Shown here: in pieces, positions 20,390 through 30,433 of the stretch | Layout: each line of letters opens with the position of its first letter | Position numbering within the stretch: position 1 is the stretch's first letter | Position numbers and translations under genes: made by a program | Notes under the pieces: model-generated | What the model saw: the letters and a program-made list of their open reading frames with translations, nothing else | Told to the model about the DNA's origin: nothing | Database searches by the model: none | From: a virus | Length of the DNA stretch: 64,000 nucleotides | Direction: 5' to 3' (one strand) | Virus record (IMG/VR): IMGVR_UViG_3300023242_000006 | Coordinates: 5,476 to 69,475 of that record

Positions 20390-20630
20390 TTATAATGATA
20401 ATACATCATTAAATATGTTAATGTTTTTATTAACGATAACTAATTGAGTTTCGATATTATTTACTAAATCTAATTTCGCATCGTCATTTTTAGGGTTTGA
20501 GTCAACTAACTCTAAACTAGCTACTAATTCATTTCTAGCTTCAATTAATATTGATAAAAACTAATTGTTTGGTCTTTAGATAATGTTGAACAAACTTCAT
20601 TAACTGTAAATAATTTTTTGTTTATTTTCA
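20390..20630 (-). pseudogene. Frameshifted paralog of gene 18650..18958 (one base short in a T5 run)
   Basis: Reads MKINKKLFTVNEVCSTLSKDQTISFYQY* and then, in another frame, IEARNELVASLELVDSNPKNDDAKLDLVNNIETQLVIVNKNINIFNDVL. Both parts align to the 18650 protein. Own promoter motif at 20657. Confidence 0.55.
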
Positions 20631-20721
20631 TGTTTTTATATTTTAATTATTAATATGATACAAAGGTAAGTAATTTCCTGGACACTTGCAAATTTTTGAC
20701 CAGGTTTTTTCAAAATATTTT

Positions 20722-21126
20722 TTAGTCGATTACAACTTCATTGGAAACCAATGAAGTGAAGAATGGTACGATTCTCCAAAGGTCTTCTTTAGCAATACGG
20801 ATATTGACATTGTGGTCGTCAGTTTCTTCAATACGACAATCGTTGTCGTGGTAGTTAACCCCATCAACTGAAACTTTCATGATGTTCTTCTCATAAACTT
20901 TCCAAAGTTTATCAGAAATACTACCATATAGGTCTAGGTATTCTCCCTCATAAGGACACTCGGTATCATCAACGACTTCTTCCAAGTTCTCAAATGGTGC
21001 ATCCATGAGGTTTTCAGATAGTTTTGGTACGGCAAGTTCCATGATTTCTTGTTCTGTCGCATCTACATCAACAATTACTCTTGTTACTAAAGATACTCTT
21101 ACTAATTTTGCTACTTTTTTTGACAT
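20722..21126 (-). CDS. Hypothetical acidic protein (start at MSKKVAKL)
   Basis: Trimmed from ORF 20722..21198. The extension is the cassette translated. Confidence 0.5.
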   Translation of the reverse strand: MSKKVAKLVRVSLVTRVIVDVDATEQEIMELAVPKLSENLMDAPFENLEEVVDDTECPYEGEYLDLYGSISDKLWKVYEKNIMKVSVDGVNYHDNDCRIEETDDHNVNIRIAKEDLWRIVPFFTSLVSNEVVID

Positions 21127-21154
21127 GACTTTTGGTTTTTTAATTATTACATGA

Positions 21155-21210
21155 CAAAGGTAGAAATAAAAAATGACACTACCAAACGATAGTGCCATTA
21201 TTTTTAAATT
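21155..21210 (-). promoter_or_regulatory. Terminator-promoter cassette, copy 3
   Basis: GACAAAGGTAgaaataaaaaaTGACACTAccaaacgaTAGTGCCAttattttt. Confidence 0.6.
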
Positions 21211-21219
21211 ATTTTACAT

Positions 21220-22374
21220 TTATTCTTTTTCATTATTCGTTACACACCACCAAACCGTTGCTACAGATATGATTAGCGTTAATAAGTAAACAAATATCAA
21301 TTGACCACTAGTCGGTTCAAATGACAGATAATTAAAGTCTTCAAACGATTTATATTTCCAATGTGTTCTAATTGCATTATAGTATGTCTTGTGGAATAAT
21401 TTACTATCTGGGTTTTTAGCTGACATTAATTCTTCACGAATATCAATCAACACCCTTTTATTATCACACCATGAAAATGGTTTGACCCATTCAAACTTAC
21501 CATTCTTATCAACACCAATACAAACAACTATCTCGTTCTGGTTTCCACCATCCCAATATGCTTCTTGCAAGAATGCTGTGTTTATGTCTTTGCTCTTAAA
21601 GAATAACGTAAACACCTTAACTTTATACTGACTACCATAAGCACCATTTATATGGTCTAGTGTTTTGGCGAAACCCCATTTATTGTTTATTTTGGTGTTT
21701 TCTAACCCTAATACTGATGTTTGATAATTGTAATTTGCAATTTTTGGGTAATCATATAGACTAGCTTTTTTTGCTTCTTCTTCGGTAATTTCTGGATAGT
21801 TAAACGCAGAGTGATTACTTTTTAATATATTTGTAAACGGTTTCTCATATGTTGTTGTTTCAGATGTATGTACCTCTTTATCCCATGCGAAGAAATACAT
21901 ATCCCCATCTTTACCACAACTACCTCTATAATCTATATCTCGATTAAGGTCAACAAATTTAGGCTTACCACGCCATTGCTTCATCAATGATTTGTACTTG
22001 GACAGACTAATACCAATCTCGTTACCTTTTGTGTCAATAATTGTGTAATGTTCAGCGTTGTAATCACAATATGAACAGTCATAATACACTGTGTGTGTTG
22101 TCCTTGTTTTACCGCTACCAGTTGAGTAGGTTCTGCTACACGTTTTCTTGACCCAAGTTTCGTAAGGTTCGTAGTATCTAGCTTCTGTTACGATGAACCC
22201 ATTGTATTCGGTATCACTTAACGTATAGCTTTTTATTGAATAGTACGAAATCAATATGAAAAGGATTGAACCCGCAGTTGGTATGAATAACTCCCACCAA
22301 ACAATTTCTTTTTTAAATAATACCCATCCAACTATTACAGCTAAGATGGGTATTAATAGTGCGTACCAAATCAT
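21220..22374 (-). CDS. Membrane-anchored protein (N- and C-terminal TM helices)
   Basis: TM segments at both ends of a 384-aa ORF. It overlaps the stop of the upstream gene at 22374. Confidence 0.5.
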   Translation of the reverse strand: MIWYALLIPILAVIVGWVLFKKEIVWWELFIPTAGSILFILISYYSIKSYTLSDTEYNGFIVTEARYYEPYETWVKKTCSRTYSTGSGKTRTTHTVYYDCSYCDYNAEHYTIIDTKGNEIGISLSKYKSLMKQWRGKPKFVDLNRDIDYRGSCGKDGDMYFFAWDKEVHTSETTTYEKPFTNILKSNHSAFNYPEITEEEAKKASLYDYPKIANYNYQTSVLGLENTKINNKWGFAKTLDHINGAYGSQYKVKVFTLFFKSKDINTAFLQEAYWDGGNQNEIVVCIGVDKNGKFEWVKPFSWCDNKRVLIDIREELMSAKNPDSKLFHKTYYNAIRTHWKYKSFEDFNYLSFEPTSGQLIFVYLLTLIISVATVWWCVTNNEKE

Positions 22375-22958
22375 TATAGTTCTAAACTAATGTTATCGTC
22401 TTTGCCAGTTCTCATAACTTCATCTGTACGTGTAGATGTAATCGGTTTGTAAACCAACGCTTGTCTACCCATAAAAACATTATAGAAGCTATTAGGGAAT
22501 TTTTGTATATGGTTCTTGTGTTGTTTTACAACATCTTGAATAACCTTTTCTTCATTAAAGAAACCTTCACGCTGTGCTTCAACTGACCTAGATAAATCTT
22601 TATATAATGCACTAACTTCGCTATAATTTGAATTAGGGTTAGATTCTGTTATCCATTTCATAAACACTTGTGGTGCATCTTTACGACCTTCCATAATAAT
22701 GTTAATGTTTTGTCTGAATGATTCATCATTCTTGACTGCAATCTGTGTTTTCTGTGCAATTACTTTGTACATTTTATCATAGAATGAAGTTCTTTCCTCA
22801 ATCTTTTGGTCAAATGTGTTTCTCAAATCAATCTCCGTATTAGAGAACGATACAAAGTTAGAGAAGAATACTACGATAAAGATAATACCTAAACCAATCA
22901 GCCCTAATTTAATTAGGAATTGGTTGTCAAATTTGTTTTCACCATTAGTGTTTGTCAT
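22374..22958 (-). CDS. LemA-like membrane protein (weak)
   Basis: Single N-terminal TM plus a soluble domain of about 160 aa. Size and topology resemble the LemA family. Promoter motif at 22993. Confidence 0.35.
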   Translation of the reverse strand: MTNTNGENKFDNQFLIKLGLIGLGIIFIVVFFSNFVSFSNTEIDLRNTFDQKIEERTSFYDKMYKVIAQKTQIAVKNDESFRQNINIIMEGRKDAPQVFMKWITESNPNSNYSEVSALYKDLSRSVEAQREGFFNEEKVIQDVVKQHKNHIQKFPNSFYNVFMGRQALVYKPITSTRTDEVMRTGKDDNISLEL

Positions 22959-23188
22959 ACGTTTAAATTTTTAAGTTATTATTATTTAGATTACAAAGGT
23001 ATATAAAAATTTTGGTTTTACCAAATTAATTGCTATCTTTTTTATTTTTTTTTCTTTTGTGTGGTAATGTTTTGTAATATTGATAAGTATCTTTTGAAAG
23101 GTCTCTTTGGTCTACTAGTTGTGATTACATTACAATTGGGGTAACGCATAGGTAGCAAGTTTAAAAACAAGACCAAACATTATAAGTA

Positions 23189-23518
23189 ATTATAAATTTG
23201 CTTTGAGATATTTGGTTTTAACTCTAATAAACTCTTCTTCATAATACTTTTCAGCATCTTCTATTGAAAAAGAAGAATAATACGACCACGCCCATAAGTC
23301 ACCACAACCCGAACCATAACCATCATCTTTATTTGAGGTTTCGCCCTCAATATATCAACTTCATAAGGATAAATATCTTCTAATTTATATCTATCACTTG
23401 GTAGTCTTTCTTTACCACGAAATGATACGTTTTCTATTACTTCAACAACTTGTCTTTCAACAGGTTTTTCAACACATTCTGGCGATGATTTCACTAAATA
23501 CAATTTAGGTAATCCCAT
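23189..23518 (-). pseudogene. Gene with an apparent single-nt frameshift near 23328
   Basis: ORF 23261..23518 degenerates into MMVMVRVVV junk. Another frame continues sensibly as EGETSNKDDGYGSGCGDLWAWSYYSSFSIEDAEKYYEEEFIRVKTKYLKANL*. Confidence 0.45.
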
Positions 23519-23769
23519 ATTTTGTGTATTTCATATTATTTCTTTTTTGCTTTTGTTTTTACAATCTCAACCATTTGTCTTTCAAATGTTGTAATTGCCG
23601 ATACAATCTTACGACAATCTTCGTCTGACAAAGATTCAAACCCACCAATCATGTCTTTGATACCTTTAGTGGACAAATTGACATAGATATTCTTCAAATA
23701 TTTAATCAGTACAATATTAATCTGATTAAATACTTAATTAATACAAAGGTACATATATATCAATTAAAT

Positions 23770-23905
23770 AAGACATGGGATATTGACCATATAGTTCCAT
23801 TATCATCAGCTAAAACAGAAAATATGTTATATAAACTATTTCATTTTTCTAACACACAACCTATGTGTAGTTATCATAACAGATTAATTAAAAAAATAAA
23901 ATCAT
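23770..23905 (+). pseudogene. C-terminal remnant of an HNH homing endonuclease
   Basis: The plus-strand frame reads WDIDHIVPLSSAKTEN..LFHFSNTQPMCSYHNRLIKK. It matches the C-termini of the HNH proteins at 42116 and 43842, and there is no N-terminal part. Confidence 0.55.
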
Positions 23906-23908
23906 TTC

Positions 23909-24538
23909 TTAACTTTTTTTTATTATTGGGTTAATAACCTGTTCAATTATTTTGATTGCAGATGTTATTTTTCGATAGTCTTCGTTGTTTAAAGTATCAT
24001 TTTTTGTAAAATAATCTTTAATAAGACGATTATTAAGGTTAACATAGATATTCTTCAGGGTATTACCCTTTAACATAGCACGTTGAACTGGTGATGCAAC
24101 ACCACCTTGTGCTTCAATGTCCTTGGTAATCTTTTCTTTACCATATCTTCTAGGAATCAAAGCTTCTTTCTTCTCGGACACTTTGTCCTTGACAATGACC
24201 TTGATAGGTTCCACAACTTGCTCAACTACTTCTTCAACTTCAATCACCTCTGCGACCTCAATAGGTTCAGTTTGTGGTGTTGGTGGTGACTGCATTAAAC
24301 GTTGATACTTATTGATTAAATCTTTACTTGTAAGAATAAGGTTTTCAAACAACCCAACCAACAATTCTTTGGTTGAGTTATTTAACTTGCCCTCTTTTTG
24401 TAGAGAGTATAACATAGTAAACGGTATTTTAATTTCATCTGTAAAGATTTCTTTTAAATCGTTGTTCTGCTCAATAATTCCTAGAATAACTAATTCATTG
24501 TACTCTAAATCTGCTATTTTTTCAATTGTTTTTGTCAT
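23909..24538 (-). CDS. Hypothetical protein with acidic PEV-rich linker
   Basis: 209-aa ORF. Its C-terminal about 45 aa is duplicated as a fragment at 23560-23700. Confidence 0.5.
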   Translation of the reverse strand: MTKTIEKIADLEYNELVILGIIEQNNDLKEIFTDEIKIPFTMLYSLQKEGKLNNSTKELLVGLFENLILTSKDLINKYQRLMQSPPTPQTEPIEVAEVIEVEEVVEQVVEPIKVIVKDKVSEKKEALIPRRYGKEKITKDIEAQGGVASPVQRAMLKGNTLKNIYVNLNNRLIKDYFTKNDTLNNEDYRKITSAIKIIEQVINPIIKKS

Positions 24539-24550
24539 AACTTATATTAT

Positions 24551-24928
24551 TTATATGATTGCTCTTTCGTTAATTTCTTCAACAACTTCAGCGTTTTTTT
24601 TAATACATTTTTCTAAATTCAATCTTAAACTACCAATTTGGTTCTTCATCATATCGTGTGTTGCACGAATAATAATCATTTCTAACTTATTACTTCTACG
24701 TCTTTTTAAGATTTCTTTGCCTTGTTTAAGCAATCTATGGGATTCAGAAATATGTTTAACATCAGTACCTTCTACCAGATGATACCAACCAGATAACTCT
24801 CGGTCAATGTTACCTTGTTTTTCACTCACATCTTTATAGTTTGATTCAATTTTGTCAAATTGATTAATGAAATCAACTACTGATTGTAACATCTCATTGT
24901 CTTTGGCAACTAATTTTAATTTCTCCAT
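24551..24928 (-). CDS. Hypothetical protein
   Basis: 125-aa ORF. Its 5' end and promoter are duplicated at 28165-28320. Confidence 0.5.
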   Translation of the reverse strand: MEKLKLVAKDNEMLQSVVDFINQFDKIESNYKDVSEKQGNIDRELSGWYHLVEGTDVKHISESHRLLKQGKEILKRRRSNKLEMIIIRATHDMMKNQIGSLRLNLEKCIKKNAEVVEEINERAII

Positions 24929-25136
24929 TTTTGGTTTGTGTTAATTATTATAATGCAAAGGTATATATAATAATTTAACCCACCAAATATTTTTATGAAT
25001 TTCTTTAATTTTTGGTGCAAAAAGTGTTTTCCTAAAACTTCGTATGTTACCATGCCACTAATTTTATTTGACAAAAAAAAAAACGAAACTTCAAAGAGAA
25101 ATCTCGTTTTTTTTTTGAAAAAAGTTTAGTTTAATT

Positions 25137-28100
25137 CTAATCTTTAATTATTTTTATTGTCCTTGTTTTTAATTTAACAAAATATACACCCTTAGTTAAA
25201 TTACCAAAGTAAATAGTGTTACCATCTTGTTTTACCTTGATACTTCTACCCAAAACGTCATAAACTTTTACTCTTATATCGTTAGTTTCTAAGTAAAGAA
25301 CATCTCTAACGGGGTTAGGATAGGCGTAAAATAAGTCTTCTTTAACTTCCACCACTTTAAGAGGCTCTTGATAAACCAATTGAAATCTACCATTAAATTC
25401 GCCAACTTCTGATGTAAATGTATGGGGTAGTGAGTGTAATACTCCGTTATCTTTTACGTATACATTTTGTATTCCTTGAATTGAATCTAGTGATATTGTA
25501 AAGGTTTCGGCAACTGCTGTAAAATAACCTAACCCAACAACATCATTAACGTCAAACTCACCTCTCGACTGTATTTTATTTAAGTTATCAGAGTCATCTA
25601 AAGAGTAAAATTTAATAGCTTTTCTTGGAGATGAATCAATGTAGTCCCACCCCTTCTGATAGTTTTTAGTTGTTTCAGAGCTGTAACCTATAAGTTGTTG
25701 AGAAAATAACCCTAACTCTGTTGTTAAATTTAACCAAACCCTTTTAATTGAATCTTGAGATGTTCTAAAGAATACTACACTCGTCGTATTATCAATAACT
25801 TTATCCATAAAACTAGGTCTGAATATCAAATCATTTTCTGTCTGAGCCTCAACTAAGAAACCTTGCCCGCTACCAATCGCTGATGTTGGTATCTTACTAG
25901 TAAACGTTGCTGTAGTTCCTATTGTACCAGAAGTAGCCGTTCCACCTAATAAATTGTAATACGCATAATCCGAGGTAGAAAAATTATTAGCTTGTAGCCC
26001 TGGGTAAGTTGTTAAAAAACTCCCCGTATGTGTCCAATATGCTAATGTTCCGCTAATATTTGCTAAGTTTTCATTAATAAAATCGTTAGCTTTAATTGAC
26101 GATGAATAGGGGTTTCCCACTAAATTAAAATCATCAATATTACTAGAACTATTACCACTTAATTTTAATGGATATACAATCACCCCCGTATTCAAATCTC
26201 CCGTAAATGTCACTAGCTCGCCTCTTGGGTAGGGTGGTGAATTTGGTATTGATTTTATCATAGATGCATATCCCTTTCCCGCAACCATACTGTCTGTTTG
26301 GCTAGATAGAGTCCAAGCAAAGGGAGCTTCATCATCTTGACCATCGGGGTCATCAGATTGAAATACTCCGTTAAGATGCGTTTTAGTATCTAAAAAATTT
26401 TCCGTTATAAATTCAAATGTATAGTTATTTTGCCACGCCCCTAATGCTTGACTTATTGTTGTATTTACAGAGCTAGACAAATATGTATAGTCATATCTTT
26501 TCATTTGGGTAGTTCTTCTCTGAACAGAAATATTTCCATTTGAAGTTGATGAATCATTTATTGGTATTAATTTTCCACCCGATTCCACTATAAGACTTCC
26601 AAGATTCTCAATGTGGTTCTGAACAGTTACAAAATCACCCGATTTTACAACTAGACTCCCATTAACAGTTAAATTACAACAATCGAAGCTACCATTTATA
26701 GAAGTGTCATAATTACCATTTATTACAGCATTTCTAGTCTGAGAGGGGAAACCACCAACCCAAGAAGTTCCATTCCAAGTTGATGTTAAATTACAAGTAG
26801 CTAGTGTAATATTCTGATTTAATATATTATATCCATTAACATTATCCCACAAGCCAACATTAGCAAATTGAATTGAGTAACCAAGGTTATTTTCTAAATT
26901 ATTATCCGCTATATGTAATAACAACTCATAAGTGTCATTAGGCAAATCATTAGGTATTGTAATTGTAAATGAGTTCGTTCCCTTGTTAAGTTCTCTAATA
27001 TCAAAATTAATTAAGCGTTTAGTATAAACAGTTCCTCTTTTAAAGACTAAATATAATTTCTTTTCGTATAAAATATTAGCGTACCCAACATTATCTACGT
27101 TTAAGGTAAGTTGATTACCAATAATACTACTTGAGCGAAGTACAAGCCTATACCCAAGGTTTTTAATAATGGTTTCATAGTGGTTAGAAGCAATCCAATT
27201 ATTCCAAGTTGGAATATGGTAGTCTCTATTTAAAGTTGTAAAATTAAGATTATTCATCTCAGTAATAGCGTTAGAACCACTTGTTCTAGGAGGATTAGAC
27301 CCGTTAGTTTCACCCGTCATTGGTAAATAGCGAGAAGTATTAGATATGAACGTGTAGTCGGACGAACCCACAGGATTAGTAAATTGACCGCTAACACTAT
27401 AAGTCCCCATATCTGCATAATAATTTAAAAAAGCATCGTTATAGAAACCAATTCTATCCCCTCCAAAATTAGTAGGTACAGAATTACCATACATTATTCT
27501 CTTAGCATTAGCATATCTAAGTTGTAGTGGTATGTCAATATGAAAGTTTGCTAACATTGAATCGACAACTTCCTTTCTATTAGCCCATTGCACGTTTGAT
27601 ATAGTACCCGCATGCCCAAATTCGGTAGAGCTTGTATAATACCATTCACCCCAAGTTCCTATAAAACCCGCTTGAATTGACATTACAACATCTTTATTTA
27701 AATTTACAACATTTGACAATTGAGAGATGTGGCTTAGTATTTGAGACTTAGCGGGTTGTTGTAAATTAGTGCCACTATAACAATTTGAATCACAATCATT
27801 AGTATAAGCAAATCTTATAATAACCTTTAATCCAGCATTGCGAATTCTGTCAAAATCTGTTTGCATATTGGTAATATAAGTTGATGTCAAAGCACCACTT
27901 GGTAAAATAAAATATCTGTATACGACAGTGACTCTATCGGTGGATGTGCGCCAATTAGTCAAAGTACTTTGAGATAGTTGATTATAGGAGAAAGAGGTGG
28001 CGGGGGAAAGTAAAGAGCCTGATATATTGATAGAATATTTTTGTAACCCCCTTTCAGGGTTTTCTATTATTGCAGTACTTTCGGTGTAATTTATGGTTTG

Positions 28101-28295
28101 GGATACCGCTACAAAATTGATGAATAATAACACCAAATATATTAAGTTTTTGCGTTTAACATTGATACCTTCTACTACATGATACCAACCAGATAACTCT
28201 CGGTCAACGTTATCTTCCTTTTCAGTCACATCTTTATAGTGTGATTCAATTTTGTCAAATTGATTAATGAAATCAACTAATTTTAATTTTTTCAT
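25137..28295 (-). CDS. Large secreted protein with T9SS (Por) C-terminal sorting domain
   Basis: C-terminus FYAYPNPVRDVLYLE...VKVYDVLGRSIKV....GVYFVKLKT matches the Bacteroidetes T9SS CTD pattern. The N-terminal 45 aa duplicate the N-terminus of gene 24551..24928 and are followed by a signal-peptide-like LIYLVLLFINFVAVSQ. Confidence 0.7.
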   Translation of the reverse strand: MKKLKLVDFINQFDKIESHYKDVTEKEDNVDRELSGWYHVVEGINVKRKNLIYLVLLFINFVAVSQTINYTESTAIIENPERGLQKYSINISGSLLSPATSFSYNQLSQSTLTNWRTSTDRVTVVYRYFILPSGALTSTYITNMQTDFDRIRNAGLKVIIRFAYTNDCDSNCYSGTNLQQPAKSQILSHISQLSNVVNLNKDVVMSIQAGFIGTWGEWYYTSSTEFGHAGTISNVQWANRKEVVDSMLANFHIDIPLQLRYANAKRIMYGNSVPTNFGGDRIGFYNDAFLNYYADMGTYSVSGQFTNPVGSSDYTFISNTSRYLPMTGETNGSNPPRTSGSNAITEMNNLNFTTLNRDYHIPTWNNWIASNHYETIIKNLGYRLVLRSSSIIGNQLTLNVDNVGYANILYEKKLYLVFKRGTVYTKRLINFDIRELNKGTNSFTITIPNDLPNDTYELLLHIADNNLENNLGYSIQFANVGLWDNVNGYNILNQNITLATCNLTSTWNGTSWVGGFPSQTRNAVINGNYDTSINGSFDCCNLTVNGSLVVKSGDFVTVQNHIENLGSLIVESGGKLIPINDSSTSNGNISVQRRTTQMKRYDYTYLSSSVNTTISQALGAWQNNYTFEFITENFLDTKTHLNGVFQSDDPDGQDDEAPFAWTLSSQTDSMVAGKGYASMIKSIPNSPPYPRGELVTFTGDLNTGVIVYPLKLSGNSSSNIDDFNLVGNPYSSSIKANDFINENLANISGTLAYWTHTGSFLTTYPGLQANNFSTSDYAYYNLLGGTATSGTIGTTATFTSKIPTSAIGSGQGFLVEAQTENDLIFRPSFMDKVIDNTTSVVFFRTSQDSIKRVWLNLTTELGLFSQQLIGYSSETTKNYQKGWDYIDSSPRKAIKFYSLDDSDNLNKIQSRGEFDVNDVVGLGYFTAVAETFTISLDSIQGIQNVYVKDNGVLHSLPHTFTSEVGEFNGRFQLVYQEPLKVVEVKEDLFYAYPNPVRDVLYLETNDIRVKVYDVLGRSIKVKQDGNTIYFGNLTKGVYFVKLKTRTIKIIKD

Positions 28296-28449
28296 TTTTG
28301 GTTTGTGTTAATTATTTTTATTAATTCATTGGGATTATTAAATTATTTGTATTACCTTTGTGTAACTTTCATAAAACCTGTGGTCTTACAACCACATATA
28401 TAAAGTCATGCACACTATACTCAATATAGTCTTCGAGTTTAGGTCTATA

Positions 28450-28839
28450 TTATTTAAAAGCTACTGGGTTATCTACAACTTTACCCATGGCGTTCGCTTG
28501 TTTTACTGACAAGTGTCTGACCTTGCCATCTGCATCTGGATTACCAGACACTGCTTTACCAATTGCTGACCTGTCGGTTGCGTTGTCCGCACTACCTACA
28601 CCCGCAGCATCCATTACTTGAGATAACTTTAAAAGTTTACCATCGCCTTGCGTTGCGTTTTTAATCTTTTTTGTTAACGTTTGAACTTTTTTCTTTTCGT
28701 CTTGGTTCAACTCAGTGAATTTACCCTCAACATCTTCTTTTTCAGTGTCTTCTCCACCACCTTCTTTGTTCGCTTCTTTTATTTTACTAAGTAAAGATTC
28801 TCTAAGCATGTCTTTTATAAATGATTTTTTCATATCCAA
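28450..28839 (-). CDS. Hypothetical protein
   Basis: ORF of 129 aa. Confidence 0.45.
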   Translation of the reverse strand: MDMKKSFIKDMLRESLLSKIKEANKEGGGEDTEKEDVEGKFTELNQDEKKKVQTLTKKIKNATQGDGKLLKLSQVMDAAGVGSADNATDRSAIGKAVSGNPDADGKVRHLSVKQANAMGKVVDNPVAFK

Positions 28840-29210
28840 TTCTTTTATAATAAATATCTCTAAAACTAATAAAAATTAATAAAACACATATCTGCGTACA
28901 CATTTGTGTACATCAATATATTGTTTCTATGTTTAATATCATATTGATATTTTGACGTTATCACAAAATCAGTGCCGTTTAACTCGTATAGTCTATATCG
29001 TATATCGCTTATTCTATCCATTTACCCCAAATTCGTTCAAAATTTTCTTTTGATATAGCAAATATCTTTTCCATATCACGCCAAATTGATTTAAGCGAAA
29101 TGTCGGTTTTATTCATTTTATCATATAACGTATATGATGACAATGTTAATAAGCAAAACATGTAATTTTTATCTAGATAATTTATTATGATTTTTTCCAT
29201 CAGAAAAATT

Positions 29211-29504
29211 TTAGTTTAATTTTTTTTCAAAGTCTTTTTCTATTTGTACCATAACCACTTCTTTAAATGCTTGGTTTATTATTTTAGAATCAACACCAAA
29301 AATTTTACATAACTGTATTTCTACATCCCAAAGATAAGTATTTTTATCTGATTCTATTTCTTTGATACTAAAGTCATGGGCCAAAGGAAAACTTTTTCCT
29401 TTGGCCCTATCAGCATATATTCTGTAAACAACATAATGCTTGTCAATATATTTTTTGACAAGCATCACATTAAAAATATCTTCTTTACTATTAATCAAGT
29501 TCAT
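29211..29504 (-). CDS. Hypothetical protein
   Basis: ORF of 97 aa. Confidence 0.4.
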   Translation of the reverse strand: MNLINSKEDIFNVMLVKKYIDKHYVVYRIYADRAKGKSFPLAHDFSIKEIESDKNTYLWDVEIQLCKIFGVDSKIINQAFKEVVMVQIEKDFEKKLN

Positions 29505-30369
29505 TGTAAGCTAAAAGAACTCTAGGGTTTCTTCTCAATACGTTAAGTGATTTTTCACGTACTTGACGTACTCTTTCACGAGTTATCCCCATTCTATCAC
29601 CAACTTCATTAAGAGTCATAGGATTATTACCATTCAACCCAAATAAACATTCCATGATTTCCCTATCTCTTAAAGATAAAACACCAAGAATTGAGTTTAT
29701 TTCATCAATTAAATTTGAATCATTCAATATATGGTCAGTTGCTTTAAATGAATTATCAGCAATCAATTCACCTAACGCTGAACCACCATCATCGTTACCA
29801 ACTTGACGGTCCAATGAATCCATATTATATGTGCTTAATACATCTAAAAACAGGAAATCTTCATCGTTCATTTCGTTACCAAACTCTTCCATTACTTCTT
29901 GAACATCTACTTTACGACCTTTTATTTGTTCAAGTTCAGCAATCTTTTTATTTAACTTAGATAAGCTATTCAATTTATTTGCTGGAATACGAACCATCGT
30001 ACCATTCTTTGCGATGTGTTCTAGAATTATTTTTCTGACCCACCATACAGCATATGAAATAAATTTATAACCCATACTTGGTGTGAATTTCTCAGCAGCA
30101 ATAACTAATCCGATATTACCTTCATTTACTAAGTCTTCCAATGCTATACCATTACTAACATATTGTTTAGCAACTGACACAACAAAACGTAAATTTTTTT
30201 GAACTAATTCATTTATGGCTTTTTCATCACCTAAACTTGCTCTTTCACTAACAGCAAATTCTTCTTCTGGGGATGAGAACAAAGGAACACTCCCAATTTC
30301 TTTTAAATATTGTTTGAAAGATTCATTCTCTCTATTGGTAAGTTTGTACGAAATTTTTAATTGCTTCAT
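29491..30369 (-). CDS. RNA polymerase sigma-70 family factor (regions 2-4)
   Basis: Region 4 HTH LNEVGDRMGITRERVRQVREKSLNVLR. Region 2 FISYAVWWVRKII. About 290 aa. Confidence 0.8.
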   Translation of the reverse strand: MKQLKISYKLTNRENESFKQYLKEIGSVPLFSSPEEEFAVSERASLGDEKAINELVQKNLRFVVSVAKQYVSNGIALEDLVNEGNIGLVIAAEKFTPSMGYKFISYAVWWVRKIILEHIAKNGTMVRIPANKLNSLSKLNKKIAELEQIKGRKVDVQEVMEEFGNEMNDEDFLFLDVLSTYNMDSLDRQVGNDDGGSALGELIADNSFKATDHILNDSNLIDEINSILGVLSLRDREIMECLFGLNGNNPMTLNEVGDRMGITRERVRQVREKSLNVLRRNPRVLLAYNELD

Positions 30370-30433
30370 AAATAAATTATATTTTTAGTTAATGTTATGT
30401 AAAGGTAATGAATATATTTGGTTTTAAAAAGGC

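Noticed and set aside
28351-28450. Plus-strand TACCTTTGTG (promoter-like, opposite orientation) between the T9SS gene start and gene 28450..28839
   Set aside because: It is a single occurrence with only a 37-codon ORF behind it. It could be chance or an antisense promoter, and the evidence is insufficient.
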